From the human T2T-CHM13v2.0 reference genome, Homo sapiens: a stretch of DNA of 64,000 bases. The DNA lies in assembly GCF_009914755.1 (NCBI RefSeq), contig NC_060948.1; one strand, 5' to 3'. Positions 17,842-31,172 of the stretch are shown here, piece by piece. The notes below the pieces were generated by a model. That model had not been told where the DNA came from. It worked only from the letters and a program-made list of their open reading frames with translations, and ran no database searches. A program made the position numbers and the translations under genes. Positions within the stretch are counted from its first letter, which is position 1. The number at the start of each line of letters is the position of its first letter.

Positions 17842-20800
17842 GAGGATTCTTGGGCAAGATGGCCAAATAGCAATATCTCCAGTTTGCAGCTGCAAGAAAG
17901 ACCAATGCAGAAGGCAGGTGATTTCTGCATTTCCAACTGAGGTACCCGGTTTATCTCATTGGAACTTGTTAGACAGTGGGTGCAGCACACTGAAAGTGAG
18001 CAGAAGCAGAGTGGGTCATTGCCTTACCCAGGAAGCACAGGGGTCAGGGAACTCCCTCCCCTAGCCAAATGAAACAATGACACACTGTGCCATGAGGGAC
18101 AGAGCTATGCAGCCCAGATACCATGCTTTTCCCATGGTCTTCACAACCCACAGACCAGGAGATTCCCTTGAGTGCCTACACCACAAGGATCCTGGATTTC
18201 AAGCACAAAACTGGACAGCCATTTGGGCAAACACTGATCTAGCTGCAGAAGTTTTTTTTTGTTGTTGTTGTTATTTTTTTTTTTTTTAATGTATCCCAGT
18301 GGTGCCTGGAATACACCAGTGAGACAGAACCATTCACTCTCCTGCTCTCCTGGAAAGGGGACTGAAGCCAGGGAGCCAAGTGGTCTTGCTTAGCAGATCC
18401 CACCCGCAAGGAGACCAGAAAGCTAAGATCCACTGGCTTGAAATTCTCACTGGCAGCACAGCAGTCTGAAGTTGACCTGGGATGCTCAAGCTTAATGTGG
18501 GGAGGGGAGTCCGCCATACTGAGGCTTGAGTAGCCTGTTTTCCCTTCACAGTGTAAACAAAGCCTCTAGGAAGTTCAGTCTCAGCGGATCCCACTGCCCT
18601 GCCTGAAAGTCCCTGTAGCTAGACTGACTCTAGATTCCTCTTCTCTGGGCAGGTCATCTCTGAAAGAAAGGCAGCAGCCCATCAGAGGCTTATAGATAAA
18701 ACTCCCATCTCCCTTGGACAGAGCACCTAGGGGAAGGGGCAGCTGTGGGGGCAGCTTCAGCAGACTTAAATGTTTCTGTTGCCAACTCTGAAGAGAGAAG
18801 TGGATCTCCCAGCACACTGCTTAAGCTCCACTAAGGGACAGACTGCCTCTTCAAGTGGGTGCCTGACCCCTGTGCCCCCTGACAGGGAGACATCTCCCAG
18901 CAGGGTTTGACAGATACCTCACAAAAAAAACCTCCGGCTGGCATCTACCAGGTACCCTTCAGGTAGGAAACTTCCAGACGAAGGAGCAGGCAACAATCTT
19001 TGCTGTTCTGCAGCCTCTGCTGGTGATACTCAGGCAAACAGAGTCTGAAATGGACATCCAGTACACTCCAGCAGACCTGCAGAAGAAGAGCCTGACTGTT
19101 GGAAAGAAAACTAACAAACAGAAAGCAATAGCATTGACATCAACAAAAAGGACAACCACATATAAACTCCATTGAAAGGTCACCAGTAACTAAGACCAAA
19201 GTTAAATAAATCCAATAAGATGAGGGAAAAACAGTGCAAGAAGGCTGAAAATTCCAAAAACCAGAATTCCTCCTCTCCTCCAAAGTGTCGCAACTCCTCA
19301 CCAATGAGGGAACAAAACTGGATGGAGAATAATTTGATGCATTGACAGAAGTAGAGTTCAGAAGGTGGGTAAAAACAAACTCCTCTGAGATAAAAGAGCA
19401 TGTTCTAACCCAATGCAAAGAAGCAAAGAACCTTGATAAAAGGTTAGAGGAATTGCTAACTAGATTAATCAGTTGAAAGAAGGACATAAATGACCTGATG
19501 GAGCTGGAAAACACAGCAAGAGAACTTCATACAACATACACAAGTATCAATACCTGAATCAATCAAGCAGAAGAAAGGATATCAGAGATTGAAGATCAAC
19601 TTAATGAAATAGTGTGAAGACAAGATTGGAGAAAAAAGAATGAAAAGAACTAACAAAGCCTCCAAGAAATATGGGACTATGTAAAAAGACCAAACGTATG
19701 TGTGATTGGTGTACATGAAAGTGATAAGGAGAATGGAACCAAGTTGGAAAATACTTCAGGATGTTATCCAGAACTTCCCCAACCTAGCATAATAGGCCAA
19801 CATCATATTCAGGAAATTGCATCAACTAATGGGCAAAATAACCAGCTAGCATCATAATGACAGGATTAAATTCACATATAACAATATGAAATTTAAATGT
19901 AAATAGGCTATATGCCCCAATTAAAAGGCACAGACTGGCAAATTGGATAAAGTGTCAAGAACCATATATGTGCTATATTCAGGAGATCCATCTCATGGAC
20001 AAAGACACACATAGGCTCAAAATAAATGAATGGAGGAAAACTTACCAAGCAGATTGAAAGAAAAAAAAAATCAGGGTTGCAATCCTAGTTTCCAATAAAA
20101 CAGATTTTAAAACAACAAAGATCAAAAAAGAAAAAGAAGGTCATTACATAATGGTAAAGAGGTCAATTCAACAAGCAGAGCTAACTATCTTAAATATATG
20201 GGCACCCAATACAGGAGCATTCAGATTCATGAAGCAAGTACTTAGAGACCTGCAAAGAGACTTAGAGTCCCACATAATAATAGTGGAAGACTTTAACACC
20301 CCACTGTCGATATTAGACAGATCAATGAGACAGAAAATTACAAGAATATTCAGTATTTGAACTCAACTGTGGACCAAGTGGACCTAATAGACATCTACAT
20401 AACTCTCCACCCCAAATCAACAGAATATACATTCTTTTCAGGACCACATACCACTTATTCTAAAATCAACCACATAATTGGAAGTAAAACATTCCTTAGC
20501 AAATGCAAAAGAACAGAAATAATAACAGCCTCTCAGACCACAGTGCATCAAATTAGAACTCAGGATTAAGAAACTCACTCAAAACTGCCCAACTATGTGG
20601 AAACTGAACAACCTGCCCCTGAATGACTATTGGGTAAATATTGAAATTAAGGCAGAAATAAGTAAGTTCTTTGAAACAAATGAGAAAAAAGTCACAATGT
20701 ACCAGAATCTCTGGGAGACAGATAAAGCATTGTTTAGAGGTTAACTTATAGCACTGAATGTTCACAAGAGAAAGCAGGAAAGATCTAAAATCAGCACCCT

Positions 20801-23800
20801 AACATCACAACTAAAAGAACTAGAGAAGCGAGAGCAAACAAACTCAAAAGCTAGCAGGCGACAAGCAATGACTAAGATCAAAGAAGAAATGAAGGAAATG
20901 GAGACATGAAAAACCCTTCAAAAAATCAATGAATCCAGACTGGTTTTTTGAAAAGATTAACAAAACAGATAGACCACTAGCCAGACTAACAAAGAAGAAT
21001 AAAAGTAAGAATAACCAAACAGACACAATAAAAAATGTTAAAGGGATATCACTGCTGATCTCACAAGAATACAAACTACCATCAGAGAATAGTATAAACA
21101 CCTCTATGTAAATAAACTAGAAAATCTAGAAGAAATGGATAAATTCCCATGAGTAGACTAGGAAGAAGCCAAATCCCTGAATAGACCAATAACAAGTTCG
21201 GCAATTGAGGCAGTAATTAATAGTCTACAAACCAAAAAAAGTACAGGACCAGACAGATTCACAGCCAAATTCCAACCGAGGTAACAAGCGGAGCTGGTAC
21301 CATTCCTTCTGAAAGTATTTCAAATAATATAAAAAGAGGGACTCCTCCCTAACTCATTTTATGAGGCCAGCATCATTCTGATAACAAAACCTGTCAGAGA
21401 CACAACAAAAACAAAATTCCAGGCAAATATCCTTGATGAACATTGAAGCAAATATCCTCAATAAAATACTGGCAAACCGAATCCAAGAGCAATTTAAAAA
21501 ACATATGGACCACGAGCAAGTGAGCTTATCCCTGGGATGGAAGGCTGGTCCAACATATGCAAATCAATAAATGTAATCCATCACATAAACAAATCCAATG
21601 GCAAAGACCACGTGATTATCTCAAAAGAGGCAGAAAAGGCCTTCAATAAAATTTAACAAACTTTCATGCTAAAAGCACTCAATAAGTTAGGTATTGATGG
21701 AACATTTGTTAAACTAATAAGAGCTATTTATGAAAAACCCACAGGCAATATCATAGTAAATGGACAAAAGCTGGAAGCATTCCTTTTGAAAACTGACATA
21801 AGACAAGGATGCCCTCTCTCACCACTCCTATTCAACATAGTATTGGAAGTTCTGGCCAGGGCAATCAGGCAAGAGAAATAAATAAAGGTATTCAAATAGG
21901 AAGAGAGGAAATCAAATTGTCTCTGTTCGCAGATGACATAATCGGATATTTAGAAAACCCCATCGTCTCAGCCCAAAATCTTCTTTAGCTGATAAGCAAT
22001 GTCAGCGAAGTCTCACGATACAAAATCAATGTGCAAAAATCACAAGCATTCCTATACACATATATTAGACAAACAGAGAGCCAAATCATGAGTGAACTCC
22101 CATTCACAATAGCTACAAAGAGAATAAAATGCCTAGGAATACAACTTACAAGGGATGTGAAGGACCTCTTCAAGGAGAACTACAAACCACTGTTTGAGGA
22201 AATAACAGAGGACACAAACAAATGGAAAAACATGTCACACTCATGGATAGGAAGAATTAATATTGTGAAAATGGCCATACTGCCCAAAGTAATTTACAGA
22301 CTCAATGCTATCCCCATCAAGCTACCATTGAATTTCTTCACAGAATTAGAAAAAAGCTACTTTAAATTTCCTATGGAACCAGCAAAGTTCCTGTGTAGCC
22401 AAGATGGTCCTAAACGAAAAGAACAAAGCTGGAGGCATCATGCTACCTGACTTCATGCTATGCTATTGGGCTACAGTAACCAATACAGCATGGTTGTGGT
22501 ACCAAAACAGATATATAGACCAACGGGATAGAAAAGAGGCCTCAGAAATAACACCACACGTCTACAGCCATCTGTCTTTGACAGACCTGACAAAAAACCA
22601 AGCAATGGGAAAAGGATTCGCTATTTAACAAATGGTGTTGGAAAAACTGTCTAGTCATCCCCTGGACCCCTGCCCTACACCTTATACAAAAATTAACTCA
22701 AGATGGATTAAAAATTTAAATGTAAGTCCTAAAACCATAAAAACCCTAGAAGAAAACCTAGGCTATACCATTCAGGACATAGGCATGGGCAAAGACTTCA
22801 TAACTAAAACACCAAAAGCAATGCCAACAAAAGCCAGAATTGACAAATGTTATACAATTAAATTAAAGAGCTTCTGCACAGCAAAATAAAATATCATCAT
22901 GGATAACAGGAAATCTTCAGAATGGGAGAAAATTTTTCAATCTATCCATCTGACAAAGGGCTAACATCGAGAATCTACAAAGAACTTAAACAACCTTACA
23001 GGAATAAAACAAACAACCCATCAAAACGTGAGTGAAGGATATGAACAGACACTTCTCAAAAGAAGACATTTATGTGACCAACAAACATATGAAAAAAGAA
23101 GCTCATAATCACTGGTCATTAGAGAAATGCAAATCAAAACCACAATGAGATATCATCTCACACCAGTTAGAATGGTGATCATTAAAAAGTCTGGAAACAA
23201 CTGATGCTGGAGAAAATGTAGAGAAATAAGAACACTTTTACATGGTTGGTGGGAGTGTCAATTAGTTCAATCATTGTGAAGACTATGTGGTGATTCCTCA
23301 AGGATCTAGAAGCATTTAACCAGCAATCCCATTACTGCATATATACCAGAAGAGTTAAAAATCATTTTACTTTAAAGACAGGTGCACACATATGTTTATT
23401 GCAGAACTGTTCCCAATAGCAAAGACTTGGAACCAACCCAAATGCCCATCAATGTTAGACTGGATAAAGAAAATGTGGCACATGTATAATAAGGAATACT
23501 ATGCAGCCACAAAAAGAATGAGTTCATGTCTTTTCCATCATCATGGATGAAGCTGGAAACCATCATTTTCAGCAAACTTACACAGGAACAGCAAACCAAA
23601 CACTGCATGTTCTCACTCATAAGTAGGAGTTGAACAATGAGAACATATGGCCACAAAGAGAGGAACATCACACACTGTGACCTGTGAGGGGGTGGGGAGA
23701 GAGATAGGGGATAGCATTAGGAGAAATACCTAGTGTAGATGACGGGTTGATGGGTGCAGCAAGCCAGCATGGCACATGTTTACCTACGCAACAAACCTGC

Positions 23801-23845
23801 ATATTCTGCACATGTATCCCAGAACTTACAATATAATTTTTAAAA
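17842..23845 (+). mobile_element. Near full-length, decayed L1PA7/8-like element with an internal ORF1 deletion
   Basis: 5'UTR start 'caagatggccaaatag', ORF1 and ORF2 remnants with many stops and frameshifts, 3'UTR 'gtagatgacgggttgatgggtgcagc...catgtatcccagaact'; about 440 bp missing at 19817/19818. Confidence 0.92.
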
Positions 23846-23867
23846 AGTGTAGAAAAAACACTTTAAA

Positions 23868-24015
23868 TTGTAAATATTTTCGGCTTTGCAGGCCATCTGG
23901 TTGTCTTATAGCTATGTAACTCTGCTGCTGTGGCTTGAAAGCAGCTGTAGATAATATCTCAACAAATGGGCACATCTGTGTTCCAATAAAGCTTTATTTA
24001 CACAAAGCAGGTGTC
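23868..24015 (+). mobile_element. MER58A (hAT MITE) middle fragment
   Basis: 'gtaaatattttcggctttgcaggccat...ctgtgttccaataaagctttatttacacaaagcagg'; terminal piece 'gccagatttgccc...gactcctg' at about 24882-24918. Confidence 0.75.
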
Positions 24016-24881
24016 TGTTGGTATGTAGGTAAAAATTCTGTCACTATGTTTTTCCTCTACTTTCATACGACAACAATCATCAGCACAGAAGAAGACTTCT
24101 GTGACCAAATGTGTAGGGTTTTTACCCACACAAAACAGTGTACACCATCTGGTTGTCCTCTAATTCAGTTCCAACAGTCTCTACACACAGATAGCATGAA
24201 ATCCTGCAAGTTAAGGACTCAGTCCCACAGACCACACTCTTCTTTCCCCCAGTCACAAGTACAGGCCTCTGCAACTTCTGACCAAGCAACTTCTAGTTGG
24301 GGTTCCCACAATCTCCTCTTTGGGTTTGATTAATTTGCTAGGTGGCTCACATAACTCAGGAAAACCCTTACATTTAGTGGTTTATTAGGAATGATATTTT
24401 AAAGTGTACAGATAAACAGCCAGATGAAGACACATAGGGCAAAGTCTGGGGAAGTTACTCAAGCGAAGAGTTCTGTCCCCGAGGAGTTGGGGTGTGACAC
24501 TGTCCCAATGCTGGATAAGCTTTTCATCCCGCTTCTGTTGAACTACATTTGTTCAGCTCTACAGGGGCCCTCTGAACCCTGTCCTTTGGATTTTTAAGGA
24601 GGCTTCAGGACATAGGATGATTAACTAGACCATTAGGCATTGGTGATCAACTTAATCTTTGTCCCATCTTCCCTCTCTGGAGGTAGGGCATGCAGCTAAA
24701 AGTCCCTACCCTCTAATCCTGCCTTGGTCTTTTTGGTGACCAGTGCTACTCTGAACCTATCAGACAAAAGACACATAAAAGACAGCACTTAGGAGATCCC
24801 AAGGGCTTTAGGAGTTATAAGCCAGAAACTGTGCATGAAAACCAATATGTATAAAATATGTATAAATGCCCTAACACCATA
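24016..24881 (-). mobile_element. MER21-like LTR inserted in MER58A
   Basis: 'gaagacttctgtgaccaaatgtgtagggttttt...ctggttgtcctctaattcagttc...ggggttcccacaatctcctctttgggtttgattaatttgctag'. Confidence 0.75.
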
Positions 24882-25786
24882 GCCAGATTTGCCCTGGGAT
24901 GTAGATTGTAGACTCCTGGTTTATAGCATCTAATATTGTTTGGCCAAAAATATCATAGTTCACCAGGGGACACTGCCATCTAACATTTTATGTCCTTCTC
25001 TCCCCTTAAGTCTCCTTAATTTTAACACTCATGTTTATAAAGTAACATTTTCCTACTTTACCAATCATATTATTTACTTTTTTCACTTATATTTTTTGCT
25101 TAGGATAAAGGAAAACCCTATATTTCTTATTTACACAGTTTCCAAAGTCACATGGAAAATGAACCATAGTTGTCCACAACTTTAAGAACTGGAAATAGTC
25201 TAGAAATAATTATCAAATTTATTCTACCTTCCAGGTGTTTATTATCTATCCATGTTGGATTTGGAAGCTTTAAAGTATTTAGGAAAGCATTGTCATTAAA
25301 AGATGAAGTTATTATCAGAAGGCTGTCACAATAAGCTTCTCAAATATTGAAGAAGAAAGTCTATAATTTCTGAGAGCCAACACAATGAACAGTTTGCTGA
25401 GACTTCATCCTTTGAAATGTGGTGGCTTATTTCTTAAATCATGCCTGTGCTGTTACGATCGAGTGAAAATAAAAGTGGGATGTCTAGATCCCAACTTGTA
25501 CCTGCTATAAAATTTACAGTATTATTTTTTTGTGTCTAATTTTCTGACAAGGTCTAAGGATGTGTCCATCTGAAGAAGTTTAAACATTAGCTGCTTCTAT
25601 GTGGTGAGGCAAAACACCAGCACACAGCTACCAACTTCCAGCTCAATATTATTACTAACGAAATGCTGCTAATAGTTATAAGATACACACAGAGATGATT
25701 ATAGAGTCCTCCCCACAGGACAAGAACATGCTATTGTGAATAGTGCTGTGTAATGAACAAATTGTGAATAAACAACGTACTGTGAA

Positions 25787-26271
25787 TATGCTCATGGCAG
25801 CTGTGTTCACAATAACAAAGATGTGGGTTCAACCCTAATGCCCATCAATGATAGATTGGATTAAAAGAAATGGTACATATATACCATGGAATTCTATGCA
25901 GCCATAAAAAGGAATAAGATTATGTCCTTTGCAGGGACATGGATGGAGTTGAAAGCTGTTATCCTCAGCAAACTAATGCAGGAACAGAAAACCAAATACC
26001 GCATGTTCTCATTTATAAGTGGGAGCTGAATGATGAGACCACATGGAGGGGAACATTGTATACTGGGGTCTGTCAGAAGGTGGAGGACAGGGGAAGGGAG
26101 AGCATGGGGAATAACTAATGGATGCTGGGGTTAATACCTAGGCAATGGGATGATATGTGAAGCAAACCACCACTGCACACATTTACCTGAGTAACAAACA
26201 TGTACATGTACCCCTGAACTTAAAAGGTGGAAATTAAAAACAACAACAACAACAACAACAACACAACAACA
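25787..26271 (+). mobile_element. 5'-truncated L1PA13-16/L1PB-like 3' end with (CAA)n tail
   Basis: 'ggatgctggggttaatacctaggcaatgggatgat...catgtacccctgaacttaaaa' followed by CAA repeats. Confidence 0.85.
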
Positions 26272-27202
26272 GGATAAGATTTGCTAATATCTTCTATCTG
26301 TGACTCCTCACAGTAAACCTAGATGCCTATTGTGTGACAGATGAAATGGAGATTTAGGACAGTCAGTAATTTGTGTTACTTTTAAGGGAGAGCCAGAATC
26401 CAAATATTTGTATAAATGATGTAGGTTTTGGGCTACAAATGGACCAATCTATCACCTGCGATTCCTTGATAAGGATAGTGCCCAGGAATGAAATGAGGAG
26501 CTGCTGGTGTATGACACAGGATATGGTGAGACTCTGCGGTGAGTGAGGTATGCTCTAGAAGCCTTGTGAGGACTCTGTTGCAAGCAGTGACAACTGCTCT
26601 GAGAATCTGTGACTATCCTGAGGTTGACCTGATAGGGCCAGGAGATTGCATCCCTTCTTAGGAAACAATCTGGTAGCCATTCATAATCCATTTATCTTGA
26701 TGATATACTGATTGTTGTGTCTAATTGAGGAAGAAAATGGAATAAAAATGAATAAGAAAAGCCTGGGTTGAAAAGTTATTGGCAAGCTAATTTGAATGGA
26801 GTATAATTAAAAATATGTAAGGAAGTTCCCCTATAAGACAAGAGCATGCTATTGTAAATAGTGCTGCATAATGAATATATTGTAAATAAGGCATATATTG
26901 TATTTCTGTCTCATTGCTGCAGGGGTTCCTGAAATCAGTCTTCTTTAATCCTAGATATCGAAACTCCCTGTACTCATGGTGGGCAACCCCACACTCTATG
27001 CCGGTTTTGTGTTTCACTATGTAGATGCAGCTGATGTTTAAAGTTCTACAGTTGCAGATATCCCTAGATCTTGTTGGAAAATTCAGCACAAAAACCTAAT
27101 ATTGTAACTTTCATAGCACCTACAAGGTGGGGTCTAGACCTACTAGGGACCTTACAGAGGCAGGTTCTTATTACCATGGTTTCTCCTGGTGTGGTCTTTT
27201 CT

Positions 27203-27998
27203 TTTTTAATTTTAGAGACAGTGTCTCACTCAGAGTTCAGTAGTGTAATTATACATCATGGCAACCTTGAACTCCTTGGCTCAAGTAATCCTCCCACCTC
27301 AGCCCCCTGAGAAGCTGGGATTAAAGGTGCTTGCCACCTTGAAGAGAGGGGGACTTGCTACGTTGGCCAGGCTGGCCTCAAAGTCTTGGGCTCAAATGAT
27401 CCTCCCACCTCAGCCTCTTGAGTAGCTGGAACTTAAGTTGCCTGCCAGCTTGTAGATACTAAGTCTGGCTATGTTGCTCATGGTGGCCTTGAACTCTGTG
27501 TTTAAGTCATCCTCCCACTTCAGCTCCCTGTGTAGCTGGAACTGAAGGTGCCTGCCACCCTGCAGAGAGGGGGTCTCCCTACGTTACTCAGGCTGGCCTC
27601 AAACTTTTGGGCTCAAGTGATCCTCCAACCTTATATGAGTAGCTGGAAATGAAAGTACATGCCACCTTGTGGAGAAGGGATCTTTCTATGTCACACAGGC
27701 TGGGCTCAAACTCTTAGGCTCAAGTGATCACCCCACCTTAGCGTTCTGCATAGCTGGAACTAAAAGCACCATGCCACCTTATAGAGATGTTGCCTATGTT
27801 GCCGAGGCTGGCTTCAGACTCCTGGGCTCAAGCAATCCTTTCACCTCAGCCTCCTGAGTAGCTGGAACTAAAGGTGCTTGCCACATTTTAAAGATGGGGT
27901 CTTGTTACCCAGGCTAGCCTTGAAATCTTGGGCCCAAGTGATCCTCCTTTTCAGCCTCCCAAAGCACAGGGAATACAGGGGTGAGCCACTCCCTGGCC
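27203..27998 (-). repeat. Tandem array of seven AluJ-derived monomers (about 110-bp period)
   Basis: Recurring junction 'gccacc(t/c)tg(t/a/c)agaga' or variants near 27340, 27451, 27561, 27668, 27780 and 27888; normal Alu 3' and 5' ends at the outer edges. Confidence 0.88.
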
Positions 27999-28573
27999 AT
28001 GTTCTTTATTTAATATCTAATTCAAGGCTATCCTTTCAGGAACCTTTTGGGCTGTCTTCTAAGACTGGACCTCAGTGCTGATTCTGTGTGGTTCTCAGCT
28101 CCCTTTCTCTCTGCAGACCCCTCCCCTTTGACTCTTTCATGATAAACCCCCTGCTTCAACAATAGGAAGAGGGTGGAAATCAGTTTGTCTTGTTGTCCAC
28201 AGCAAAGTGCTGTGATTGCTATTATGAATCAAGACTACACCCTGGAATGTTTTTTGTCCTTTGAAGGTAATGAACATTCCCTGTACACATCACACACAAA
28301 AAAAATCCATAGAATGTATAATTGTTAATCACAATTATTGTGGTATATAATCACAATTGTTATGATATTATCACTCTTAGCACTGAGTGAAGTCCTCCAA
28401 ATGATAATAGCAGCCATGATAACACTTATTATGCTGTTGATGCATGCCAGATATTTAATCTTCAAGGCAACATTATGAGGTGAGTATAACGAGTAGCTCT
28501 ACTTCATATAAATGGAGAATTGGGACCTCTGTACTAAGTATGGAAAGCTGAGCAACAGAAATGTTAAGTTGTC

Positions 28574-28880
28574 AGCCAAGTGCAGTGGTGGCTCATGCAT
28601 GTAATCTCAGAGATTCAGGAGGATGAAGCAGGAGGATCATTTGAGTACAGGAGTTGGAGACCAACCTGGAAACATAGCAATACCCCATTTCTACAAAAAT
28701 AAAGAAAATAATTAGATGGACATGGTGGTGCATGTCTCTAGTCCTAGCTACTCAAAAGGCTGAGGCAGAAGGATGGCTTGAGCCCAGGAGGTCAAGGCTA
28801 CAGTGAGCCATGATTGCACCACTGCACTCCAGACTGGATGACACAGTGAGATCCTCATCTCCGAAAATTTTTTTTAAAAA
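28574..28880 (+). mobile_element. AluJ
   Basis: Diverged J-type dimer; TSD-like GAAATGTT(A/G)AGTT on both sides. Confidence 0.88.
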
Positions 28881-29019
28881 ATGAAATGTTGAGTTATTGA
28901 GTCAAAAGTCCAAGGGCTAAGCCATAACACAACTCTGCTGTTTAGCTAATTTTAATTAAATTAAATAAATTAATATTGAACCATGTTTGTCTGGTGCAGG
29001 TACAGGGAGCATGAGTAAC

Positions 29020-29200
29020 ATCCATCTTGCATCGAATTCACTTTCTGATACTTCACTTACTGCTGTATGAACTTGGACAAGAACGTAACCATTCTGTACC
29101 TCTGTTTCTCTATCTGGAAGGTGGGAATGAAGTAACAATGTGCAACTCTAAGGGCAGGCATGAGTTAATTTATTAAATACTTATAAGAATCATGATATAC
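29020..29200 (+). mobile_element. MIR fragment
   Basis: 'cacttactgctgtatgaacttggacaag...tctgtacctctgtttctctatctggaa' resembles the MIR core. Confidence 0.55.
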
Positions 29201-30059
29201 ATTCACTCCTCATAAACAAAGAAGTTAGCTAAGGTTTGCAAATGCAAGGTCTTGATAAGACTGCAAGAGATTGGGAACTGACATGGTTGGCAAGACCTCA
29301 TTTGATTATCAAAGTCTTTGGAAAAGAATTTTGGGGGCTTTTCTGACGACCCGTGTAAGAGGCAGACTTACATGAACTGTCCCTCACCTTGGGCCCAAAA
29401 ATATCAAGATCCTGATGTCAACCTGAATATTAGCACAGATTATTAGGTCATTGAATAAATTCTTGAAAGCAAGGCTCTAAAAATAAAATGAAATGGAAAC
29501 TCATGTTTTAAATATTGATGATTCTGGCACCTCTGCAGGCCTTTGACATAGATGTTGCTGCTGTAGGCTGAATTAATTAATTAATTTGCATCAGGCCTCC
29601 AAAACTCAATGTGCTTCTTTCTAAACTAAAGTGCATATTCATAAACAAGTCTGTAAGACAGATGGCAAAGTAGAACATCCCACCCCACCTCAGTTTCCAT
29701 CAATTCAGTGGCTTCAGTTTCAAAACACTTACGGAATCTTTTTGTGCTCTGGCATTTTCAATGCATAATGGAAAGACATTTAGGGAAATTTATTTGTCAC
29801 TGGGAGACTTCTAAAAGTCAATACAAAATATCCCTTTAAGCTATTGGCATTACAGTATAGGCATATGTGGCTTATGGTGGTGCAGAAATCTCTTTCCAAC
29901 ATTGTTGTAGAAAAAATTTGTGGAATTTTTTTGAGTCAAGGTCTTTTTTTAGTGGTTATCACTGATGAGAGTGCAGATTTTTCATTTTATACTTTAATCT
30001 TTCTATTGGTAATTAAGTTGTCACTATGTTAACTGTTCGTGGGTAAAGATGGAAAAGCC

Positions 30060-30430
30060 AAAATCTTGGAGACAAAGATCAGTGCTCATGTTTACCAAGT
30101 ATTTGGAGGAGAGAGAAATAGGGTAGAGCTCAGAAGAATTTTAGGGCAGTGTAGCCACTTTGTATGATACTGAAGTAGTCATTATATATTTGTCCAAACC
30201 CACAGGATGTAAACACAGAGTGAACCCTAATGTGAACTATGGACTTTGGGGGATAATGATGTGTCCTTGTAGGTTCACTGACAACAAATGCACCACTCTG
30301 GTGGAAGACGTTGGTAGTGGAGGAGACTGTTTGTGGAGGGGTAGGGGGTAGATGTGAACTCTCTGTATCTTCTTCTCAATTTTCCTATGAACTGATATTA
30401 AGAAAATAAAGTCTATTAAAATTATATAAA
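30060..30430 (+). mobile_element. L1MC/MD-like 3' end
   Basis: 'tttgtccaaacccacagga...agagtgaaccctaatgtgaactatggactttggg...acaaatgcaccactctggtg'. Confidence 0.75.
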
Positions 30431-31172
30431 ACTCAAACATCAGTGTCTACAAATAAAATTTTGTTGCAACACAGCCACATCCATTTCTGCAAAGACAGAA
30501 ATTTGTAGTACTTGGTCCTTCATAGAGAAAATTTGGTGATTTCTTCTGGTGATCCCCTGGGTTATCCTATAATTCTGAGAAAGACATCAACATGATCAAA
30601 GCAAGAGTAGTCAGTTTAGCTTTTCTGCATTATTCAGAGAGCTTTTTGAGCTGGATCTTGAAGAATCCAGCTCTAAATTAAGGAAGGAAGCCAATAGTGC
30701 CTGGTTGAGGTTTTCAGGATCTTTCTGTTGTCTTCCCTCATTGTTATTATATTCTGTAGCATTTACTAGGACCAACACACATCCCAGAAGGCACCTTGGT
30801 CAATTACTTAAAAAAAGTAGACGTAGGACACTAATTTCTCATGTTGCCATTGAAAAGAGACAGCCTCACTTGCATAACTGAGTTTTTGACAATGTAATTT
30901 GTTTGTTTTAATTAATGTCCAGTATAGAATTTTCACTGTTGTTCCCCATAATGGCATAAATATATAAAGTCAATATATAATGTCAATTGCCCAAAAAGAC
31001 ACTTTTTCAAATACATTGCCTAATGCCAAATTACTCATATAAGGATAAGATTTCAGCCTTATGATTTTGTAATGTGTCAACCTGCCTAGACTAAATTACT
31101 TTTCCTAGAATCCTCCCACCTGTGTGTTTCTATCTTCTGTGTCCCACAAAAGCCATTTTTATCCTGGTTTTA

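Noticed and set aside
27203-27998. Regularly spaced repeats resembling a CRISPR array
   Set aside because: The units are entirely Alu-derived, with no unique spacers and no cas genes, and the DNA is primate.
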